A stretch of 63,508 nucleotides of DNA, filler included, from Squatina squatina (taxonomy: Eukaryota), in the NCBI GenBank assembly GCA_031763465.1. It is 4 parts of 4 records of this genome, joined end to end, with 100 filler letters (N's around TTAATTAATTAA, not from the genome) between each part and the next. Parts side by side here need not be neighbours in the genome. Positions count along the whole stretch, not along the records: positions 29,461 to 49,684 come from JARFOE010000176.1; positions 49,785 to 63,508 come from JARFOE010000189.1; 2 more parts are not named here. The stretch is one strand, 5' to 3'. A program made the position numbers and the translations under genes. Positions 37,971-51,168 of this stretch are shown in pieces. Each line of letters starts with the position of its first letter. Position 1 is the first letter of the stretch. Below the pieces are notes generated by a model. That model was not told the origin of the DNA, searched no databases, and saw only the letters and a program-made list of their open reading frames with translations.

Positions 37971-40900
37971 GTAAGCTTCTATCTCTTGTAATATTTTAAG
38001 CCTTCATTCTGAACTGCCTGACCAGAAGTAAGTCTGGGGTTTTGTTCAAATCAGCAATTGTGTCCTGCCAAGAGAGAGCAAGTATTCACATTTTTAACTC
38101 TTTTTGTGGTCATGCATTGATTTCTATTGTGCTTTAGGTAGCAGCTAAAAGCAAATGACCCTTGTGGGTCCTTGAAAGACTCGGTGTCCTCCTCAGTTTT
38201 TTTTGTATCGGATCCTGAACTACATGTTTGTTGCCCATAAAAGAGTTTAATGAGGCTGCTTTTAGCAGTGACATTTCTTAAAGATTCTTGGTTGTAGGGA
38301 TTCTTGGGGACTAATACAGTTTTGGATGAAAAATGGTCTAGCAGATGAATTAAGATCTTACAAACTATAGTCCTGATTTAAACAAAGAGCGATAGTATTT
38401 CCAAATTNNNNNNNNNNTGTATTGCAGTGAATTGGAAATAGCGTAAGCAGTTAATATGGTGATACTTGTATTAGAGTGCAGACTGTTCCCGTATCATACA
38501 TTGAGACTGTCAGGCTTGTGTGGTGATATATTTTATTTGCATAAGGTGCATTAACTTCAACATCAATATTTCAGTCTGCCAAAATGGCTGAAATCATGAT
38601 TTTTGTATTAATGTAAACTATCTGACCAGGACTGCATGTTAATTTGAAGTGAAAATGGTGTAACCAATTAAATTAATTTTTAATCAGTTTGAGCCTAGTT
38701 TTTGTTATGTACAGTCATGGAGGGATCAACAGAAATGATGGTCCTCTAAAGCTCTTTGCAAGGGCGGTTAGAATATTGCAAATTGAACGCTGAAATATTT
38801 TCAGCATCTCTGCTGCATGATGGCCATCTCTGGGTGGTTCAGTGAGGGTGGGTGGGTACCAAGCACACTCTCTAAGTAATATAGTGGCTTTAAGTAGTAT
38901 TTGCAGGGTAGCTAGAGATGGGCTACTAATTAATGTTGTGATGTAGAATAATGATAAGTTCTAAACAGGAAATTAATCTCGTCTCCAGCCATTGATAACT
39001 GTTGTTATTGTTGGTCAGAATTCTGGTACAACATGGTTTCAGAGATGAAGAAAATGGGATAGAATTGGCTGCAGCTTTTATTCCTGCTGAATTCTTTGTA
39101 TTGTGTAAAGAAATGTTAAGTTGTTTACCAGAAACCTCCACTTAACAGAAAGTAAATATAATTTTGCATCAGTTATCCATAAATCAATAACTGCTACACT
39201 TTGAACCATGATAAAAATATGAAACATGAATGTATTGCAAACTAATAATTTATGTTTGCTAAAAATGTAAGAGTATTTAATTAAAATTGGGCTTTGGAGC
39301 ATTAATCTATAATTTGGGCTGGAAATATATTTACAAATTTTGAAATGAAATTTGGTAGTAACTGAAAACTTACTGGTCTTCCTGGAATATGGATTTAATT
39401 GCTCCCTCGAGGAAAAACAAAACTGTTCTAACTCAAGAGTAGAATGAAACTGTATTCCATGCAAAGCCAGACAACAGCCTTTTGCATGTGGCATAAAGGG
39501 TTAAGTGCAAAGTACTGGTTTATTGGAAGGGTTCTATATCATTGTATATTCATACCCCTGTGTAGGTCACTCAAGAGCCTAACCCGTGTTTTTTTATTCT
39601 AATAGATAGGTGATAGTACTACTCAAAGGCCCAGTGTGGCGAATGGTCTCCTTCTGTGCACAAGATTTATTTTAAGTTTTTGGAGTGAACAAAACTAAAA
39701 TAACTTTTGTGCAAAAAAAACTATGGAGGGGAAAAGTTTAGCTTTCCAGTGATTGATAGTGGGCTGACTGAGATTGGCAACTCGCTCTGTGCATTGGGCT
39801 CCAGGGTATGAAGCCACATGCCCTGTTGTTACTCCAACAAGTTGAACCACTGCACAGTCAAGGCAATGCGCCTTTTATACCAAACCAATTTGAGTGATAT
39901 AGGTCCCACCTATAAAAGAGTCTACTATTTCTCAAATAAGCAATTTTTTTTAAAAAGAAGTGCACCAATAAGTTGAAGCATTATTCAAATGTCAAGACTT
40001 CATAGTATTAAAACTAAGGGCTACCCCTATGGTTCATTGAGTTAATGTAGTAAGTACTTGAGCCATAAAAACGATGAAGGTTCAAGGTAGCAATACAGTT
40101 GGCCTCAGAATCACTGAAAAGAATTGTCCTGAGTTCTTGCTCCAGCTCAATGCAATGACCCCTGCTGGAAGTGTGCATGTGTGGATATCGGGTCAGAACA
40201 GGATCTGGTTTGGCCGTGATGCTCCAGTTGATCAAGTAACCTGACAACCGTTACTGTCTGGGCTCACATGTGAAGGATGATTCAGGCAAAGTATTGGAGG
40301 CAATAGTTGGGATGTCACACTATACATTTATACCATGGTTCAGTAGTCTTAACCTAATGGATAGCGAGCATTATATACCATTTTACCCAGTGTTGTCACC
40401 TGGCATTTAAAGCTTATTGGACGAATACACTATTGTGAAAATATCAAGTGGTCTGATGCATTTTAATGTGACTAATTTCTGGGGATTTCCACAGCACACA
40501 GCTTTGTGACTGCCTGATTTAATATGCATAACAATATCTATAACTTGCATTTAAATAGTGCCTTTATTGTCGTAAAATATCCTAAGGTGCTTCACAGGAG
40601 CATAATGAGAGAAAAAATGCAATACACAAAATGTCTACAATGCTCAGGTTGCTCACTGTGAATAATGAATGTTTTATTGATCAGTTTTGAAATAGAGCAA
40701 TCCTCTTGCCCCAGTGAATTATTTTAGGTAGCATGTAGGGCCTCTATCTTGGGCTGCTGTTACATTACAAGTCTTGAGATCAATATTTTTAGGGTGTGAT
40801 ATGCAACTGTGGACCCAAGTTAAGCTCCCAGCTGTGTCTTGTACTGATCTCAACAATAAAGGGGCTCTTGTATGCATACTCAAAGCTCTGCTCCTGGGCA

Positions 40901-41159
40901 GCTAATTTTTAATACTTGGAGTGTACAGGATGAAATGTCCATTGGACCATCTGGGTATTTTAAATATTGCGGCATTCCACCATGTTCAAGTTATACTATA
41001 CCTTTCGTAAGGCACAAGCAGTGAGAGTCTACACCTGCCAGGTTTCAGTGTACTTGGGAGCCATATCGGGACTTGAATTCCAGCCTGAACTACCTTTTGT
41101 TGGTGAATTTATATAGAAATTCTGGAAGTTCATTTTAAGTAGAAGATCCCTCACCTGGC

Positions 41160-42133
41160 GGCTGTTGTACACAATTTATATTAACGATTTAGACTTTGGA
41201 ATCAAAAACACAGTTTCTAAATTTGCAGATGACACCAAATTGGAGGCAGTCAGTTTTGAGGAGGACAGCAACAAATTACAAGAAGCCATTAATAAACTGG
41301 CAGAATATGCATATAATTGGCAAATGAATTTCAATGCAGATAAGTGTGTAATACTGGTAAGAAAAATAAGGAGGGCACATATTACTTTGAAAATAAGAAA
41401 TTAAATTGGGAAGAGGAACAAAGAGATCTGGGAGTGCAAATACACAAATTACTAAAAGTAGTGATGCAGGTTAATAAGGCCATAAAAAAAGCAAATCAAG
41501 CACAAGGGTTTATTTCTAGGGGGATTGAATTGAAGAGTAGAGAAGTTATGTTAAACTTGTATCCAACCTTGGTTAGACCATACTTGGAGTACTGAGTACA
41601 GTTCTGGTTGCCATATTATAACAAGGATATAGAAGCACTGAAGAGGATGCAAAAAAGATTTACCAGGATACCAGAAATAGGTACAACCACACATCAGGAA
41701 AGGATGAGCAAGCAGGCTGGGTCTCTATTATCTTGAAAAGAGAAGACTGAGGGGTGATGTGATAGAGGTCATTAAAATTATGAAATTTTAATAAAGTATA
41801 CAAGGAGTGAGTGTTTTCACTTGTGGGGAAGAGCAATACTGGAGTCAATCAATACAAGATAGTCACCAAGAAATCAAATAGAGAATTCAGAAGAAACTTC
41901 TTTACCCAGAGTGATGAGCATGTGGAACTCGTGCCACAGGGAGTTGTTGAAGTGAATAGTATAGATGCATTTAAGGGGAGGCTACATAAGCCTATGAGGG
42001 AGAAGGGAATAGAGGGTTATGCTCTTAGAATTAGATGAGGGAGGATGGGAGGAGGTTTGAGTGGAGCATAAACACTGGCATGGACTGGTTGGGCCGAATG
42101 TCCTGTTTCCATTGCTGTATATTCTATGTAATT
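41160..42133 (+). mobile_element. CR1-type LINE, 5'-truncated, frameshifted RT and 3' UTR
   Basis: YINDLDFGIKNTVSKFADDTKL, ERDLGV-like EQRDLGV, LYPTLVRPYLEY, FRRNFFTQ; tail gggccgaatgtcctgtttcc..tattctatgtaa. Confidence 0.92.
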
Positions 42134-42164
42134 GAAGCCGTTGTTGATGTACATGGTGACTTGG

Positions 42165-42437
42165 ACTTGACACGAAACTTGGAAGTGTAGTTAACGGTGA
42201 GGAACATGGTGGTAGACTTCAGGATGTCACGGACAGGGTGGTGGAATAGATGGACACGTGACAGATGGAATTTGGTGCAAAATGGTGTGAGGTGATGCAT
42301 TTTGATGAGAAGAATGAGGAGGGACAGTACGTGAGGAGGGACAGTGCGTGTTGAGGGGCGGGGTGCAGGAGAGGGGAGATATGGAGGTGTTTGTGTACAG
42401 GTGTCTTATGGTGGCAGGACAAGTTAACAAAGCAGTG
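42165..42437 (+). mobile_element. Second, more degenerate CR1 RT fragment
   Basis: gacacgaaacttggaagtgtagttaac = DTKLGSVVN, followed by a decayed WQM.F..K.EVMHF region. Confidence 0.65.
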
Positions 42438-43759
42438 NNNNNNNNNNNNNNNNNNNNNNNNNNNNNNNNNNNNNNNNNNNNNNNNNNNNNNNNNNNNNNN
42501 NNNNNNNNNNNNNNNNNNNNNNNNNNNNNNNNNNNNNTTTTGTTCAGTAACGTTCTTGTGAAGCATTTTGGGATGTTTAACTATGTTAACGGCGCTATAT
42601 AAATGCAGGTTGTTGTTGAGAAAATCTTAAGGGACTAAAACCAGACAAGAAGGTAAATATACAATCTCACTTTTTAAAAATTTACTGTCAAATGGGAAAG
42701 TGTGTGGCATATTTGAAAAGGATAATAAGAGTAAATTGACCTTGGTAAGGAATGAGATTGTCCTGCTGCGATTAGAGTGAGTCACAACAGAATGAAGAAG
42801 AATAAAGGAAATCAAAATCGGTTACCTTGTAGTTACAGATTGCCTGTTTGCATAACTGCTGAAGTATGTTTAGCTCGGATATTAATTTTCAGTCCTTACA
42901 CTTTAATCTATGAAAGATATAAAAGATGGAAAGAAAATATAGAGGGTAGTTGGCACTTGTAAAATCGCATGCCAGCATGAATTAGTCACCTCAGGAAACA
43001 AAGGGGAAAAATAGAATAGTTTTGACTTTGAGTTCAGACGATACAAAGATTCAAATCTTGGATCTCCCAACATTTAATCTTTATCATCGACCAGTGGATG
43101 ATCCTGAAGCTAAACTTGATAGAGAGCCTGTGAGTGGTCTCAGTTTGAGGAGAGTGTCATCAGTAGGAATACGCTTCATCTTGATAACTAATTTTAATGC
43201 CAGAGACGGAGCAAATCCGATACAAATTAAATTCTGGAGAAAAATCAGTCTTGGAAATCTTTGTGCTGGCATGACTCCAGAATAAAGAATCCCAGGTTTC
43301 ATCCTCAAAGTAATGCCTCGAACAGACATGTCAATACAGATGCCATTCGGGTGCTATCAGCTGTGCCTGACATCACCCTACTGCTACCTGTCCACTGTTA
43401 CACAATTATGTATGATCAAAGCAGCCCCACTGTGCCATTAGTCTAACTAAGCCAAGCTCTGCAGGTCTCACTAGTCCCCCAGAGAGATTTCTGAAGTCTC
43501 CTCAGTCACCAATGCAAATATGGCATTCAAATCTTAATGGAGTTAAATTGGAAAAATCACAATTCTTCCCAGAAAATCACCAACATAATGAGATTTCTGG
43601 TTATTTCCAAAGGTTTATGACAGTACAGATTTTGTAAAATAATGTGAAACTTTATATTGAAACATACAAACAGAAATATGCAATTGTTTGAATATTTGAT
43701 TCAGGATTTTATATTATGGATTGATATTTGATGTTTTAATACTAATTTCTGTATAAAAA

Positions 43760-45360
43760 TACACTGGGACCCCATCATAATGGACCTCGCTATAGCGGGA
43801 CTCGGTATAACGCAGAACTCGATTTAACATGGAACTCGGTATAACGCGGAACTTTCTATAACGCGGAACTCGGTATAATGTGGAACTCTCTATAACGCGG
43901 AACTCGGTATAAGGTGGAACTTCATATAACGCAGAACTCTGTATAACGTGGAACTCGGTATAATGTGGAACTTCACATAACGCGGAACTCGCTGTAACAC
44001 GGAACTCGGTATAACGCTGAACTTCATATAAAGCGGAACTCGGTAAAACATGGAACTTCATAAACGCTTAATTCGGTATAACGTGGAACTTCATATAACA
44101 CGGAACTTCATATAACATTGAACTCGGTATAACGTGGAACTCGGTATAATACGGAACTTCATATAATGCGGAACTCGCTACAATATGGAACTCGATATAA
44201 CACGGAACTTCATATAACGTGGAACTAGGTATAACTCGGAACTCGGTATAACAGGAAATATCATATAACGTTGAACTCACTATAACACGGAACACAATAT
44301 AACACGGAACTTGAAATAACGCGGAACTTCATATAACACGGAACTCGGTATAACACAGAACTTCATATAACATGGAACGCACTATAACGCAGAACTCGAT
44401 ATAACACGAAACTTCAATGAACACGGAACTTCATATAACACGGAACTCGGTATGACGCGGAACTCGATATAACACGGAACTTCATATAACGCGGAACTCG
44501 GTATAACGCGCAACTCGGTATAACAGGAAACATCATTTAACGTTGAACTCACTATAACGCGGAACTCGATATAACACGGAACTTGAAATAACACGCAACT
44601 TCATATAACGCAGAACTCGGTATAACACGGAACTTCATATAATGCGGAACTCGCTATAGCGTGGAACTCAGTATAACACAGAACTCGCTATAACATGGAA
44701 CTCAGTATAATGCGGAACTTGGTATAACGTGGAACTCACAGTACCGCGGAACTCACAACAACAAGGAACTTCGTATAACGCGGAACTCAGTATAACTCGG
44801 TATAGTGCAGAACTCGCTATAACGCGGAACTCGATATAACATGGAACTTCATATAACACGGAACTCGGTATAACGTGGAACTCGGTATAACATGGAACTT
44901 TATATAATGCGGAACACCCCATAATATGGAACTTCACATAACATGGAACTCACTACAACGTGGAACTCGATATAATTGGAACTCGGTATATCACGGAACT
45001 TCATGTAATGCGGAACTCACTATAATACGGAACTTCATATAACACGGAACTCGCTATAACGCAGAACTCGATATAACACGGAACTTCAATTAACACGAAA
45101 CTTCATATAACACGGAACTCGGTATAACGCGGAACTCGATATAACACGGAACTTCATATAACGTGGAACTCGGTATAACGAGGAACTCGGTATAACAGGA
45201 AACATCATATAACGTTGAACTCACTATAACATGGAACTCGATATAACACGGAACTTCATATAACATGGAACTTCATATAACGCGGAACTCGGTATAACAC
45301 GGAACTTCATATCACACGGAACTTCATATAACGCGGAATTTCATATAACACGGAATTCGG
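43760..45360. repeat. 17-bp minisatellite (consensus GGAACTC/TNNTATAACRC), roughly 90 copies, in SGIP1 intron
   Basis: Directly visible tandem units such as GGAACTCGGTATAACGC and GGAACTTCATATAACAC; explains the repetitive minus-strand ORFs at 43714-44937. Confidence 0.97.
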
Positions 45361-45437
45361 TATTTACAATATATATTAATGATTTGGACGAGGGAATTGA
45401 ATGCACCATCTCCAAGTTTGCGGATGACACGAAGCTG
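45361..45437 (+). mobile_element. CR1 RT fragment
   Basis: FTIYINDLDEGIECTISKFADDTKL, cut by gap. Confidence 0.85.
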
Positions 45438-45537
45438 NNNNNNNNNNNNNNNNNNNNNNNNNNNNNNNNNNNNNNNNNNNNNNNNNNNNNNNNNNNNNNN
45501 NNNNNNNNNNNNNNNNNNNNNNNNNNNNNNNNNNNNN

Positions 45538-46420
45538 ATATGCTGCCTCTTGGCGACATCATCCACAGACAAGGAGTCAGTTTCCATATGTACATGAATG
45601 ATACCTAGCTCTACCTCTCCACAACCCTTCTTAACCCCTCCACTGCTGTACTGTCCAACTGCTTGTCTGACATAGTGTTCGATGAGCTACAGTTTCCTGT
45701 AGCTAAACATTGGGAAGGCTAATGTCATTCCCTTTAGCCCCAACACAAACTCCATACCCTTATCAAAGATTCCATTATCCTCCCCGTCCACGGCCTCAGG
45801 TTGAATCAGACTGTTCAAAACCTCATGATCCTATTCGACCCCAAGATGAGCTCTGTACCCATATCCTCTCCAGCACAAAGACTACTTACTTCCACCTCCA
45901 TTGCCTGCCTCCACCCCTACATCAGTCCATCTGCTGCTGAAACCCTTATCCATACCTTTGTCTCCTCCAGACTAGACTATTCCCATGACCTCCTTGGCCG
46001 GCTTCTCATCCTTCATTCTCTATAAACTTCAACTCATCCAATACTCTGCTGCTCAAATTCTATCCCACATCAAGTGCCCCTTATCCATCTCCTTGCTGAA
46101 AAACATTGGATCTTGGTTCTCCAATATTTAAAATCTAAATTTCACTCCACGGCCTCACCCTTCCTATCTGTGTAACCTCCTACAGCACTACAAGTCCACC
46201 CCCAACCCCTAAAGTTTTCCATTCCTCTGAGTGGCCTCTTGTACCATTCTCTCACCCTTTACCCTACCATTGGCAGCTGTGTGCTCAGCTACCTAGGCCC
46301 CATGATTTGGAGTTCCCTCCTTATACCTCTCCACCTCCCTCTCCTATTTTAAGAACATCCTTATATTACCTTTTGGTCACCCCTCCTAATATCTCCTGCT
46401 TTGGCTCAGTGTCCATCTTT
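45538..46420 (+). mobile_element. L2-type LINE remnant
   Basis: MLPLGDIIHRQGVSFHMYMNDT (decayed YADD) and AAETLIHTFVSSRLDYS; C-rich L2-like 3' region. Confidence 0.85.
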
Positions 46421-47416
46421 TCCTCATTCACTCATCAGTCTGAGAAGATCAGATAGCAAGTTGCAGGAGGGAGTACTTGGTGAAACATGGAGCACACACG
46501 AGGAGAAGCAATCCAACTTGCAATTGGAGAAGGTGAAAGCTGCTTGTCAGAGGGCCAGCTTGAGGACTCCTTCAGCAGCTGAGCCTAGAGTCTTCACGGA
46601 CCTGCCTACAAATACAGTTTTGTAGTTCAGCATCAGTACTTGATGCTGTTATTTGAGAGTATGCTAAGGCACCTATATAGTTTGGATCATCCATGTCTGG
46701 CTCCAAGCTACAGTCTGTCTTCTCTTCGTTCACCATGTAAGGGAACCAGTCAACAGGCTTTCAACTACCTTATTACTACCCACTAGTCTGCTCCCATATG
46801 AAACTCTGACCATACTGAGGGTGCTCAGCAGTAGGGAAGTTCAGAAGATGACAAGGATGAAAGAAATGTTTCTCAGAGTGACAACACATCTGTAACCTCC
46901 AGTCAATTTGCACATATGACTTGAGATGTGGCAGATAACATACAGACCCAGGCAGTCACCATGTAAATACATATCGGGGCTATCAATATGGGCCATATAC
47001 TGGCCCAGAACTAAGAGGTACATACTGGACCACATCCATCCATAGACGCACTGAGTGTCTGCAGCAGTCACTGAGGGCTGACCACATTATGAGAAATGGA
47101 CTCATTAACATTCTTTCTGGTCTTAATGAGCTTACCACACAACAAATGTGCAGGCTCTCAGTGTCACAAGTGCCAATTATTAGTTATGGACACAATTTCA
47201 CGTTACCAACCCCATGAAGAATGGTCACTTGGACAAAGTGCTGGAGAATTTCTGGGCCCGGTGGTACCAAACCCCAGCAGAGATCAATACTTTCAGACAA
47301 GGAAAGAAAATGGGCTAAAAAAGATTGTGGGGAAGAGGGGAGGAAGACAACATGACTGCTTTTAAATTTACACCTGATTGTTTAGTTGTCCTGCTGTATT
47401 TCATGTTTAAAAACAG

Positions 47417-47436
47417 TTTCCTTAATGGCATTTCAC
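47417..47436 (+). other. U12-type branch point and AC 3' splice site (probable AT-AC intron) of SGIP1
   Basis: TTTCCTTAAT (U12 branch consensus TTCCTTRAY) about 11 nt before ttcAC; no polypyrimidine/AG acceptor at the similarity boundary. Confidence 0.7.
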
Positions 47437-47615
47437 CTACCAAAGAGAAACACTTTTACTCGTCAAGTGAGTCTGAGTCAGAAGAAGATACACGGCGAAA
47501 ATTCAACATTAAGATTCGACCGCTCCAGGCTAAAGGTTCCATCACGTGTATGGCAGCATCTGTGGATGAGCTGAAGGCCTCTGTGGGCAACATTTCTCTA
47601 TCTCCTTCACCAATG
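47437..47615 (+). CDS. SGIP1: SGIP1 internal exon (FCHO/SGIP1 AP2-activating region)
   Basis: [59 protein letters not shown]; donor gtgagt. Confidence 0.9.
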
Positions 47616-49614
47616 GTGAGTACTTCCACTCATTTCTGTCTGTCAGTATATTGAGAAACAATCCCATCATAAGAATCCAGTCTCTGACTCAGTTCTCATA
47701 TTGACAACAGGATCAAAGATATTCACCGTTACATTGTTTGGTCTGCAACATTTCTCTATTGGTGTCTTTATGTTCTACTTGCCAGTTTTGAACAGTGCAA
47801 ATTAGTTATATTGTCAGTGGTATAGTATCCTGTACTTGACCAAAGCAGTTTAGCACAGGTTATTCTGAGGCTGCTGTGCAAACCAATTGTTATGAAACCT
47901 CCTTAAGGTGGTCTTGCACTGTTTGGCAACAGATAAACAGCCCTCAGATCAATGACTTCAAATTAGTTATACTGTTCTTTATTCATCATTCTGACATTAG
48001 AAAACATAGGTTGATACAGAAAATGCAACATAACAAGTACTCATCTGATGCAGCTACATTTTTTTAATGAGGCAACATCTTTACAAATAAATTTTTGGAT
48101 AACCTTTTCTATAGTTTGGGGAGGCAAAGGAGGTGTGTGCCATTTTTATCTTGACATTACAGGCAAGTTTTGACAGAATTCACGCCTTTGCATTATGCCC
48201 TTGAAAAAGCATTTTTTCAGGACAATAGCACCTCTTCAAAACTTGTGCAATGATGATGTTACCACATAATTGAACTTGAACGTATATTATCTCATATAGT
48301 GAATTGTCATATTTACTTTGTTCTTTTGGAATTTGTTGCTAAAAGCAGCTTTGTTAAAGTGACATGAATCTTAGCATGTTGAGAACTGGAGAATTTATAA
48401 GATCCGGAAAAGACCTTTTTATTGATCTCAACCCCACCTTCTCGCCAAAGACCAAGGCGGTTTGTTTGTGGAGAGAGAAATAATTCAGAGATAATGCTTA
48501 GTATGTTGGTAAATGGGGTTGAGGCTAATCAAAGAAACTGGCTTAGAAGGGCTTTTGGCTTTTTCCTATTCTTAAAAATTCTTACATTTGTAGAATGTAA
48601 CATAACTCCAAAATTGGGACTGGCCTTCAAGTTGCTCCACTGTATATTGGAAGAATTAGCTATCATGCTGTAATGAACGTGTGTTCAGCAATCTATTAGT
48701 AGGAAATAGTAGTCAGTATGTAAGGATTGGAATTAGTGATTAAATACCAATTTTAGCACTCGAAAAATGTAATAAGTATGTATGTTGGAATATTGTTCCG
48801 TGATCTTCACTATACTTCAGAATTTTTGAGAATTATAAGTAAAAGTTTGGTTTAGTAACTTGAAGGTAAAAGAAATCCTAAAAATTCCAATATTGTTTTC
48901 CAAGCACCTAATAAAACTTTCTGTTTAAACCCTAATGTTTGTTGCATTGAAATTCCATTGTGCAAAGATTAATGTACAAATGCTTCATGTATTCTTATGC
49001 AAATCATTTGCCTGGTGTTTTAATACCAGACAAATCAACACATGTTAAACCTTTTGTTGAACTAGCTGACACAGATACTGCATGCAAACATATTTTCACC
49101 ATTCTTTTCGAGAGAGCTACAAGGGTAAATTTTGTTCCATCAGCAAGGAGCCTCTACCAGCAGCATATATCAGGAATTTGTGGGCAAGGCTCTGCACTGG
49201 GAGCCCATATTTATAGAATTTACAGGACAGAAACAGGGCATTCGGCCTATGCAGCACAATTCACCCAGCAGCTCCATGTTGATAATATTTTTTCAGCAAG
49301 ATACCATCTGTGATGTTTTTAGAAAGGAAAATTATACGGTTCCAGCTCACTTAATTTAAATTGTAGCAACTTTTCTATACAAATTTCATGTAATATTCTG
49401 TCAAAAAAAAACTTTCAGCTGAAATGCTACATTGGGATCTAATGCAACAATTCCACTTTTTTTTTTCGTTATCGTTTTGCTGCTTTGGCCAGAACTGCAT
49501 AATGGGGGTGAAATAAGTCATCACCAGTATTGCAAAATGAGTTCAGAGTGAATTGGAAGCCCGTTTTACACCACGCCTGTTTTTCTTTTCCATTGACTTG
49601 ACATTGACTAGATA

Positions 49615-49684
49615 TAGTACTTATGGCTAAAGAGATCAAGGGATATGGGGAGAAAGCAGGAACAGGGTACTGAATTTGGATGAT
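49615..49684 (+). mobile_element. CR1 ORF2 C-terminal fragment
   Basis: AKEIKGYGEKAGTGY* motif. Confidence 0.7.
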
Positions 49685-49784
49685 NNNNNNNNNNNNNNNN
49701 NNNNNNNNNNNNNNNNNNNNNNNNNNNNTTAATTAATTAANNNNNNNNNNNNNNNNNNNNNNNNNNNNNNNNNNNNNNNNNNNN
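49685..49784. other. Artificial concatenation linker
   Basis: 44N + TTAATTAATTAA (49729-49740) + 44N. Confidence 0.95.
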
Positions 49785-51066
49785 TAAAATACAGTAATTC
49801 AACCATCTTTATAGCTCAAGGATTTAAAAAAAAAAGAAAACTTTCAGTCTTTTTATCCTTTTACTGCTTCATGCCTCGTAGAAATGCTATCACCAATCTA
49901 ATTTTTTTCCTTTTTATAATTTCCTGTTTTTGTCCAGCCTTTTCTCAAGGTAGAGACTTATGTTGGCATGTGATCCCATAGGGCTGGCACCTTATTAATT
50001 GGGTGACGTATCATGAATCTGGACAGTCAGTGCAAGCTGACTATTCAAATATGGGTGGAAGCCATAGAGCCAAGGCCAATACTTTGCTTGCATGCACAAT
50101 TTTCTACAGGGTAACTGCTGATTCCAGTGGGTGTTCTGACCAATTTTTATCCCTAATTTGGGGCCTNNNNNNNNNNCTTGAGGGTATAGTGTTACCATCA
50201 CTGCTCTTGCTGAGACCAGCTAGCTCATCAAAGATGAAGGATTAAACCTGGAATCCTCCTGGTCTGCATGGATTAGTCTTACAGCACATTCACTAAGCGA
50301 TTGGGGAGCCCATCAGTGCAATCTAGTGTCTGTATCCATTCCTTGGATTTGCCTGTACATTATTTTGCATTGTTGAATGCTACTGTGCTGTGTAGCAGAG
50401 TTGACCTCAAATTCAAACATCACAACTAAATCTGTTCTGCAAGGCTATTTGTTTGNNNNNNNNNNNNNNNNNNNNNNNNNNNNNNNNNNNNNNNNNNNNN
50501 NNNNNNNNNNNNNNNNNNNNNNNNNNNNNNNNNNNNNNNNNNNNNNNNNNNNNNNATGTGAAGTGCTTTGAAATATTTCTGAGAGCCACAAAAGGCATTA
50601 TATAAAAGTCTTCTCCATGTCTTCCAAGTTCATTATTTCTTTGAAGTCCAATAAATTTGTCAAACATCTCCCATAAAGCCCACTCGTGGTCCCTTCCGTT
50701 CACATTTCTCTACATGCTTAGAAAATAGAAAATATTTTCATTTGTGTTCTCCTCTTCCAGTATATTTAGTGGTCTGTAGGCCCTAGAGTTATTTTTAATA
50801 CCCTTTTTTTATACATCAGCATTACATTTGCTCTTCTCCAGTTCTGTTCCTTCCCCTTCTCCTCGGGTTTAATGATTTCGTAAAGTTATCCTCCGGATCT
50901 GACACTTGTTGGCCATTTCAAGTACCCTGCTGTGCAGTGAATCTTTACTCGGTTCCTTGCCCTTTTTTTAGTGGCTACATACATTTATCTGCTGTTTTGA
51001 GCAGAATATAAGATATGTTTATGGTTAATATTTAGGCTCTATTTTGAGCATTTGTATTCTGTATAA

Positions 51067-51168
<102 letters not shown>

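Noticed and set aside
43714-44937. Repetitive minus-strand ORFs, and CRISPR-like appearance of the array
   Set aside because: Translation of a 17-bp tandem repeat with no unique spacers and no cas genes, in a eukaryotic context
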